DNA of 64,000 nt from an uncultured delta proteobacterium (GTDB lineage: Bacteria > Myxococcota_A > Polyangia > Fen-1088). The DNA lies in assembly GCA_963737265.1 (NCBI GenBank), contig CAVTRY010000011.1:800001-864000 (forward strand). Reading direction: 5' to 3'. This document shows positions 56,729-64,000 of this stretch, in pieces. The number at the start of each line of letters is the position of its first letter. Position 1 is the stretch's first letter. Under the pieces are notes generated by a model. That model saw only the letters and a list, made by a program, of their open reading frames with translations, was not told the origin of the DNA and did not search any database. The position numbers were made by a program, and so were the translations under genes.

Positions 56729-59700
56729 CTACAGGTTCATGGTGAAATATAGGCGGGGAACAACGGCCGACACGGTCGAGCATGAACTGCTGGAAAGGCA
56801 GTAGAGGTAGTCGTAGGTCACCTCGGCATCGAGATACATCTTGTCGTGCATGCGCCAAATCACGCCGGCCGCCGGCAAGAACTCCCATGCTCGGTAGGCG
56901 CCGTTGCCGCTGCCGAACCACCGAAGGACGCCTGCTGTTTGGTAGATGTAGAGTGCCGAGACATCAGCCAGTGGGTAGAGACGAAGCTGAGCCTCGAAGC
57001 CAGCCGAGTATTTCGAAATGGTCGAACAAGGTCACGTCACTGGTGTTGCCCGAGCTCGCCGCGGTGGTGGTCGTGGTTGTCGTTGTCGTCGCGAGAGTCG
57101 AAGTGCTACTTCCGCCCTGCTGGTAATAGTCCGACGTGTGCTCGAGCGAGCCGCTGGCAGTCAGACGAGTCGTGACAATCGGAGTCCAACGCATGTACCA
57201 TTGCAGGCTGTCCTGATAGGTATCCTTGGTCCACCACGGGCCCGCGCTCGGAATCTGCGTCTGGTCGTTGGGGTTACGATCGCGTTCATAGTTGGCCAGC
57301 AAGATGATGGGCGAGGTGAAGATGGGTCGATACACGACACGATTCTGAATGATCGTGGTGAACCCGTTGTAGTGTGCATCCTCGTCGGTAGTCAAAAAGC
57401 GATAGCGCTGATAGAGCTGCAGTTCGAGTTTTTGTCCGGCCCAAACCTCGAGAAGAACGAAGTCGTAGGTGCGGTTGTAAGTCTTGGAAAGCGACGCGGG
57501 AACCTCCGAGGATGAATCGCTGGCCCCCACTGCGACGCTTGGGGAAATAGCCATCGGGCCAAGCTTGGGCGACCACTGGCCTGGATAGATGCCGAGCCCA
57601 GCGCCAAACGACCCGCTCAAGGTTCGCGTCGGCTCCTGAATTCCGGGGGCGGGCCCGGGCGGTACGACAGCCGAACCTGCGGGGCCCATGTTGGGCCACG
57701 GTGTCGTGCCGGAGGCCCCAGTCGCGCTCGCGCTGCCGGTCGACGACGAACCGGTGGTCGTCCCACCCGACGCCGCCGCCGGCGTGGCCGACACCAATCG
57801 AGTATCGTCGTAGATCACGTTGTAGCTCAGCGTGGGCACGAGCCCCGGAATGATCATGCTCCGCGCACCCGAGGTCAGTTCCCAGTGGTAGACACCACGA
57901 GCGAAGGGACCGCCCTGCTCGGACTGCCGTTCGAGATTGCGCGAGCGAAAGAGCGCATAGATGGTTTCGGTGGCGGTCGGCGAAAGCTTGCCCTCGAAGC
58001 GCATGAGCTGCACGCGGTCGTCGTAGGCATAGGCGCCATTTTTGTCGGTCTCTCCGTCGGAAATGCTGTAGAGCGCTCGAATGTTAAATTTCTTGATGTG
58101 GGTGAAAGACAGAGCGGGCGCCAGGTCGTAATCGCTCTGAATCGAACCTTGCAAGCGATGGGTCTGGAAAGCGTTCGGATTGTCGAGCTCGGTGCTGCTC
58201 AGCTGCAATGTGGTTCCTGGCAACCCCGCTTTTTGGAGTTGAATGCGTGCGATGGCGTGTTGAAGCACGCCCGTTTCCCCGCTTCCGTCGGTTAGCCAGG
58301 CACGCTGCCGGTCGAAGAGCGTCGTCAACGCCAACCAAGGCAACGGATAGCCGGTGACGTTGAATCGAGTTTCATCGCGAAACGTCCCCAGCCGGGCATC
58401 ATTCCACGTCCCGAGCGGCTTTCCAGTCGTAGGATCCGCGGTCGGGGTGGTGTGGCCAATCGGCGTCCAGCCCTCGGAGTTGAGCCGGGCGGACACCGAA
58501 CCTTCCAACATGGGGCTCGAGAGGCGCATCATTCCCATACCAGCCAAGCCATCCGGCCTCGCCCCGTTCGTATCGTGGGAGCCGCCCATCTCGGCGTAGC
58601 TGGTTAGAAGTCCGCCATTGCCAACCGCGGTCTGATAGCGTGCGTCGGCGACCCCGGAGGTGAGGTGCATTGCCGGCGTAATGACATTGCCCTGGGCATC
58701 CCGCAAATCGGAAACCTGCTGCAATTCCACCGCACGAGCGCCGACTTCCATGCCCTTCACCGGCGAAGCCGTGGCCCGTCCCGCGACCATCCATTCCTTG
58801 AACTGGTCACCCAGGCTCGGGGGAGCCGCGCTGCCTTGGTTGAGAATATTCGAGGTGAACGTTTCGACGTAAATCAATGCCGCATCGGATCGGTCAGTGA
58901 TGGAAACCTCGATGACATAGTCATTGGTGTACGCGAAGGTCGCATAGGCTGCGGGCAAACCCATGTCAACAACGGCGTCGGGATTGTTGTTAATGGTAAT
59001 ATACGAGACGGGCTTTTCGTAGGTCCAAAGGTTATTCGCGTTAGCGGGCGTGCCCATGTTGTGGATGGCAACCTGAACGCTCGTACCGCCCTGTTGGTAC
59101 GTCGCATACACGCTGCTGACCCAACCCCGGTCGATATATTTGGGGGCGCCTCCGTCGATTTGATTGTAGAGGGCAGTGTCATTACTCACCACCGTCGGCG
59201 ATCCCGCAAGCGAAAACGTCCCAATCTCGTTGCTAACTGGCAGCATGGTTAGGGGCGAAAGCGTTCCCAGGCTCTTCTTGGGCACGAGGTCGCGTTCGTA
59301 CTCAACCGTAATGACGCTCAAATCGTCGATACGTTCGGGGTTCAAGAACAGCAGCTGCCCGGCGGTGTAGACGATGGTGTAGTCGACGCCGTTGTTCAGC
59401 AATTCACCGTCGACATAGATGCGTTCGGTGCCCGGCAGAATATACTGCGAGGACAACTGGTAGCTGCTCTGCCGTGGCCCGGTGATGAAATCGCGAACGA
59501 TCTGCCCACGGCGGAACCCGGCGTCGACCGTCATGGCCGCCTTGGGCTCGGCCCCCGGCGTCGCCACCCCCACGTGCGCGCCCTGGAGCAGGAGCTGTCG
59601 GTCCAGGCCTTCTTCGACATAGCGATACTTCAGCGTGTCCTCGATGCGCACATCGCGCACGACATCGTTCTGGTTCCCGAGATAGGCAATCTTGTATTGC

Positions 59701-60986
59701 AAGTCGCGAATCCCGCTGGCGTCGAGTTGGCCGTAGTTCAAGTAGATCGAGCCATTGAGCGTCCGGCCCTCCGACATCTGCTGTCCAAAGCCAAAGCCAC
59801 CCGTGGCATTGGCGTAGCTGTCCGCGGAGTCCCGCGTCCCCGTCGGACGCAAACCCGGGCCCAACTTGACATTGTTGTAAGGCTGTTCGCTGTCCAGTTG
59901 ACCGTAGATGCGGAAGGTCGTCTTCGACGCGTTCGATACGGTCACAGCCAAATTGCGGTCAGCCCACATGTCGACCGAGATGTTGTACATAACGGCCGCG
60001 TCCGGAAACATGACGGTGACGAACCCGCCGTAGTTCAGAGTTCCAGTCGATCCCTCCTGTCGGTTGAGCCCCTGCGCGGGCGTAAAGCGACTGATGGCCG
60101 TGGTCAAGCGGTTGAATTCGAGGATCTCCTTGTCAGTGGTAATGAAGACGTAGGCGCTCGTTGGCTCGACGCCGACGATCATCTTGCTACCCAGCGCCGA
60201 CTGCTGCGGAAAACGCCTTATTGTGTCGCTGGCGTCTTCGAATAGGAAGAGGCCGTTGTCTGTGCCCAGCCACAGATCCGAACCATCTACCGTCACCACC
60301 CGAATCTGCTGGGCCCCCATACTGGCCAGGGAGAAGTTGTTGAACACGTGCTGTACGACCCGGAAGTGCGAAAGCCCTACGTCGGTTCGGCAAAACAAGT
60401 CAGTGCCCACCTGGATGAGCTCGGCCACGTCGCCCGACGCCAAGCCATCGGCTTCACCATATGTGCGGAATCCGTCGACGTCGGGGTTGTACACGGCAAT
60501 GCCGGCGCGGGTGGCGAACCAGACCTGGCGGCCGATGGTGATCGCATACGTGATAGTCTTATTGGGCAAGCCGTTGGACTCGTCGTACACCTTGATGGTT
60601 CGGTCCGTCTTACGATAGCGCACCAACCCTTTGTTGGTCCCGAACCAAACATACTGGTCGTCGAATGCTACCGTGTTGACCCTTTGGCTGGGCAGACCGT
60701 CGTCCATCGTCAGCCGAATTGAACGCTGGCTGCCGGTTTCGAAACGGACCACCCCGTCGTCGGTCGCGAGCCACAGGATGGTCTGATCGACGACCATCTT
60801 GTTGATGGTCGCGCCGAACGCCGTCACAGTCCAGCGGTCGAGAGTTTGGTAGATGAGCTTATCGTCCTGCGCGATCCAAACGCCGTTGACAGGATCGACC
60901 GCTATCTCGGGTGTACGGGCACGCGCCGACGTTGCACACAGCAACCCCGCCGCGGCCACGACAAAGGCCGCTCGTTTCATGCGCAC
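56729..60986 (-). CDS. Large exported protein: beta-propeller, SprA-like segment, DUF6599-like domain and OM beta-barrel; +1 frameshift near 57016
   Basis: Propeller repeats (WFGTNKGL, GLPS/N), ILPGTERIYVDG...DYTIVY, LYNQIDGGAPKY. Main frame stops at 56964; the +1 frame continues SKYSAGFEAQLRLY...PRLYFTMNL* to 56729. Confidence 0.8.
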
Positions 60987-60990
60987 GGGC

Positions 60991-61899
60991 CTACGCGTTG
61001 ACCTTCTTGATCTTCATCCTGCCGACATCGGTCTCGCCGAGCCCGGCCTTGCCCGCGAACTCGATGTGCCGCGCGTCCGCTGGGGTCATGTTCTTGTTGT
61101 TGAACTTGGCCACGGTCAAGCCGTAGGCATCTACGCACACGATGTTGCGGCCAGCCACCAGGCGGCCGGGCGTCGCGGTGTCGCCGGGGCCCGCGGGACC
61201 GTTCGTGAGCAGCGCGCGGGTCGCGTCGAGAATGGTCAATTGGGGCTTGATGACCCGGCCCAGGTCGGCCACCGCCTGATGTAGTTCCATCGCGGTGTGA
61301 AAGGCCTGCCGGTCGTAGATGAGGCCCATGTGGTTCTTGAGCCCGAAGGAAACCCCGGCCTGGTAGTGCGCCTTGGCGGCCGGAACATTGATGAAGACGT
61401 CGGCGGAAAGAATCGCCTTGGCGACATCGACCGACTTCAAGACCACGCCGCCTTTCACGTCGACCTTCTGAAAGTCGCTCGCGTCCTTCAAGAGTTTCAC
61501 CTTGGCGGCGGGCAGCGCCGCCAGCGCGGCGGTGAGACCGCAGCGTTCCAGACATTTGTCGCCCTTGGCCTGCGGGAACTCGAGAATCAAGACCTCCTTG
61601 GCCTTCGCATCGAGACAAGCCTTGACGATTGCGGCCACCGTCTCGGGATGCGTCGTGGTGCCCCAGGCGGGCGGATTGGCAAACGCCGCATTCGGCTTAA
61701 TGACGACAAAATCACCCTTCTTTACGAATTTGGCGATGCCGCCCAAGGCCGCCAGCGCGGCAGCCACCATCTTGGCGGGGTCGCTCCCAGAAACGTCGAC
61801 TATGTCGTGATCCGCGCCAGCGAAGACTCGGCCGTATTTCAGGGCTGCTGCCGCTGCGATCGATCCACTTACGAAACTGCGTCGAGAGATGACTTTCAT
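60991..61899 (-). CDS. DUF362 family protein with Tat signal
   Basis: SRRSFV twin-arginine motif, VVIKPN...TTHP, INVPAAKAH, GLKNHMG, GPAGPG. Confidence 0.88.
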   Translation of the reverse strand: MKVISRRSFVSGSIAAAAALKYGRVFAGADHDIVDVSGSDPAKMVAAALAALGGIAKFVKKGDFVVIKPNAAFANPPAWGTTTHPETVAAIVKACLDAKAKEVLILEFPQAKGDKCLERCGLTAALAALPAAKVKLLKDASDFQKVDVKGGVVLKSVDVAKAILSADVFINVPAAKAHYQAGVSFGLKNHMGLIYDRQAFHTAMELHQAVADLGRVIKPQLTILDATRALLTNGPAGPGDTATPGRLVAGRNIVCVDAYGLTVAKFNNKNMTPADARHIEFAGKAGLGETDVGRMKIKKVNA

Positions 61900-62061
61900 G
61901 CTGGGGTTCCTTTTACATCCGTTTGTGACTGCACCGACTCCTGTCGTCGATAACCCACAGATTCCGCACCAACCGCCAGAGATTCTACCAGAAGACGGCG
62001 ATCTATTATGCTATTGTTCACCGTGAATTCTGAATTTCGACTTACGCCGGAGGCGAGGGTC

Positions 62062-63192
62062 ATGGCGACCAAACAAGGTAACACGCGACGAGAAATACTG
62101 ATAGGCGCAGCCAGCGCAGCCGCAGCGGCTTCGCTGAGTCACCTGGCTGGCTGCTTTCCCAGCGTCGGCGGCTCGTGGCCGGCCTGCGCTTCGCTCGAAG
62201 GAGCCTCCGGCGTTGATGGGGCACAGCCAAGCCCTGTTGCAGGAGCATCGACCGTAGTCACTGTCCAAAACCCGGACAGCCTGGACGCCACCTATAAAAG
62301 CTCCGGGCAGGCTCAGATCGATGCCATCCAGGGGATGGTCGACACCGCCCTTTCGACCTTGGCCGGGGGCGCTGACAATCCTTGGCCGATCCTTTTGCCC
62401 ACCTACGTCTCAGGCACGCGCATCGGGCTCAAGGTAAACTGTCTAAATTCATACCTTCCCACGTCCCCGGCAATCGTGCGCGCTATCATCCAAAGTCTGA
62501 TTACCCGTCTCGGTGTCTCACCCTCGAACATCACGGTCTGGGACCGCCGCCTCGACGAATTGACGAACGCTGGAAAGTATTCCGCTGACGATTTGCAGGG
62601 CGCGACTCTCGTCGGAACCGTTGCCTCTACTACCGATGCGAGTGGGCCTGGATATACCCTCCCAGCCTGCTCCCTGGTCGGGGGCGGCGCGCCACGCCTA
62701 TCGAGAATTGTCACTGACCAGACTGATTTGACCATCAATTGTCCGGTTCTTAAGTCCCACGGAGTCGCAGGCGTAACCGCCGGGCTCAAGAACATATTCG
62801 GAATCATCGACATCCCCGGCAGCTACCACGATAACCTAGCCACCGCGTTGCCAGTCCTTTACGCGCTGCCACAGATCCGCAACAGCATCAAGTTGACGAT
62901 CGTGGACGCGCTGCGAGCTGTGACGACCGGAGACACGTCGGACATGTGGGACTGTGCACCCGGACGCATATTCGCCTCCCTCGATACCCTTGCCCTCGAC
63001 CACTATGCCGTGGACTTGGTCAACCAACTGCGCGCCAATCGTAAAAAAGGCCCCATCACCGGCCCCGTCTTGGGCTGGCTTGACAATGCCTACCAACTTG
63101 GACTCGGGACGAAGGACTACAGTTTGATTGAATGCCCATCGACGTCAGGTGGGAACAGCGGATCCCAACTTGACGGCTCCCAGTCCGGTTGA
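62062..63192 (+). CDS. DUF362 family protein, Tat lipoprotein
   Basis: TRREIL...LAGC, IGLKVNC, INCPVLKSHGVAGVTAGLKNIFG. Confidence 0.85.
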   Translation: MATKQGNTRREILIGAASAAAAASLSHLAGCFPSVGGSWPACASLEGASGVDGAQPSPVAGASTVVTVQNPDSLDATYKSSGQAQIDAIQGMVDTALSTLAGGADNPWPILLPTYVSGTRIGLKVNCLNSYLPTSPAIVRAIIQSLITRLGVSPSNITVWDRRLDELTNAGKYSADDLQGATLVGTVASTTDASGPGYTLPACSLVGGGAPRLSRIVTDQTDLTINCPVLKSHGVAGVTAGLKNIFGIIDIPGSYHDNLATALPVLYALPQIRNSIKLTIVDALRAVTTGDTSDMWDCAPGRIFASLDTLALDHYAVDLVNQLRANRKKGPITGPVLGWLDNAYQLGLGTKDYSLIECPSTSGGNSGSQLDGSQSG

Positions 63193-63249
63193 CTCGCCGC
63201 GATCCGCGACGTCGCCAAGATGCGAGGCGGCGTCGCCCGAATCCTTGCG

Positions 63250-63915
63250 CTACATCTTCGCCGCGACCGCTTCGGCAAATCTCATGGCTTCGGCCTGACT
63301 GACCGGATCAGACGGAGTGAACGAGGCATCGTACGACGGGCTCAAGCGGACCTCGACGTAGTACGCGCCCTTGTCGAAATTGATCCACCAATCGGTGCCG
63401 CTGTCCGTGATGCGAGACTCGTTGCCCACGACTGGCGACGTGGCCGCCCAGGTGTTTGACGTGTAGAGAGTATCCGTGCTCGTCGCTGCAGTGAGTGATG
63501 CGTAGAGCGCCGAGGCCTGTGCCGCGGAGGACATCTGGATGATGTACAACTTCAGCATGTATTTGGTGGGTGGAACGAGCGTGGTGTTGACGTAGTTCTG
63601 CCAGGCAAGGACGACCGGCGAGAACTGCGCGTTAAAGAAGGCCTCGGAGCCGCCGTCGATAAGGCCACTCGCCGTCGTGGCCGACGTGGCCGTCGCAGCC
63701 ACCACCCCCACGGTCTTCGAATTGTCCGGATCCACGGTCCAGCCCGACACCGCGCTGGCTTGAGGCACCAGGTCCAACACGGACCCCGAACCGCCGCCCG
63801 CCCCGCCGCCGCCCGCCCCACCAGCGCCTCCGCTAGGCGTGCTGCTGCCACAGCCGACGAGAGCGCCACCTAAACCAAGCGCGGTCCATAGAACCAAAGA
63901 GCTGAGACGAATCAT
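63250..63915 (-). CDS. Lipoprotein with DUF6599-like domain
   Basis: RBS AAGGAG, lipobox LVGC, Gly linker, LIDGGSEAFF...IIQMSSAAQASALY...FDKGAYYVEV. Confidence 0.75.
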   Translation of the reverse strand: MIRLSSLVLWTALGLGGALVGCGSSTPSGGAGGAGGGGAGGGSGSVLDLVPQASAVSGWTVDPDNSKTVGVVAATATSATTASGLIDGGSEAFFNAQFSPVVLAWQNYVNTTLVPPTKYMLKLYIIQMSSAAQASALYASLTAATSTDTLYTSNTWAATSPVVGNESRITDSGTDWWINFDKGAYYVEVRLSPSYDASFTPSDPVSQAEAMRFAEAVAAKM

Positions 63916-64000
63916 CGCTTTCTCCTTCGCAAATGCCAACGAGCCAAAGGCCGAGAACATCCTTGGCCTCGTGGTCCGAATATCCACAGCGTCCGATTAT

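Noticed and set aside
61900-62061. Moco/Tuco riboswitch or ModE box upstream of the DUF362-wtp operon
   Set aside because: AT-rich divergent promoter region, but no convincing match by eye; needs an Infernal or motif scan

Overview
GC-rich bacterial chromosomal window, most likely Myxococcota (Polyangia-like), inferred from an aglRQS-type motor, a MYXO-CTERM protein, a Ser/Thr kinase and two sigma54 activators. Positions 1-48100 are mostly core genes: acnA, ttcA, a PilT/PilU ATPase, aglRQS, holA, rpsT, mutS, pgi, clpS-clpA, pepP, mlaEFD, yceD-rpmF-plsX-fabG-acpP-fabF, a Crp regulator and tRNA-Arg(ACG). Two small transposase-less insertions can be read directly from the DNA. One is a 578-bp element with 23-bp terminal inverted repeats and a 9-bp target duplication whose only cargo is a GxxExxY (PD-(D/E)xK) gene. 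The other is a 153-bp hairpin-rich MITE inserted in frame into a truncated HEPN toxin gene. Positions 48225-64000 form an uncharacterised envelope redox/metal locus: two Tat-exported DUF362 proteins, a DUF6599-like lipoprotein, a ~1,420-aa propeller/DUF6599-like/beta-barrel protein with a +1 frameshift, a WtpABC/ModABC-type oxyanion importer, a membrane polyferredoxin, and anchored PQQ-type propeller, ankyrin and MYXO-CTERM proteins. All family calls come from motif recognition by eye; no database search was run.
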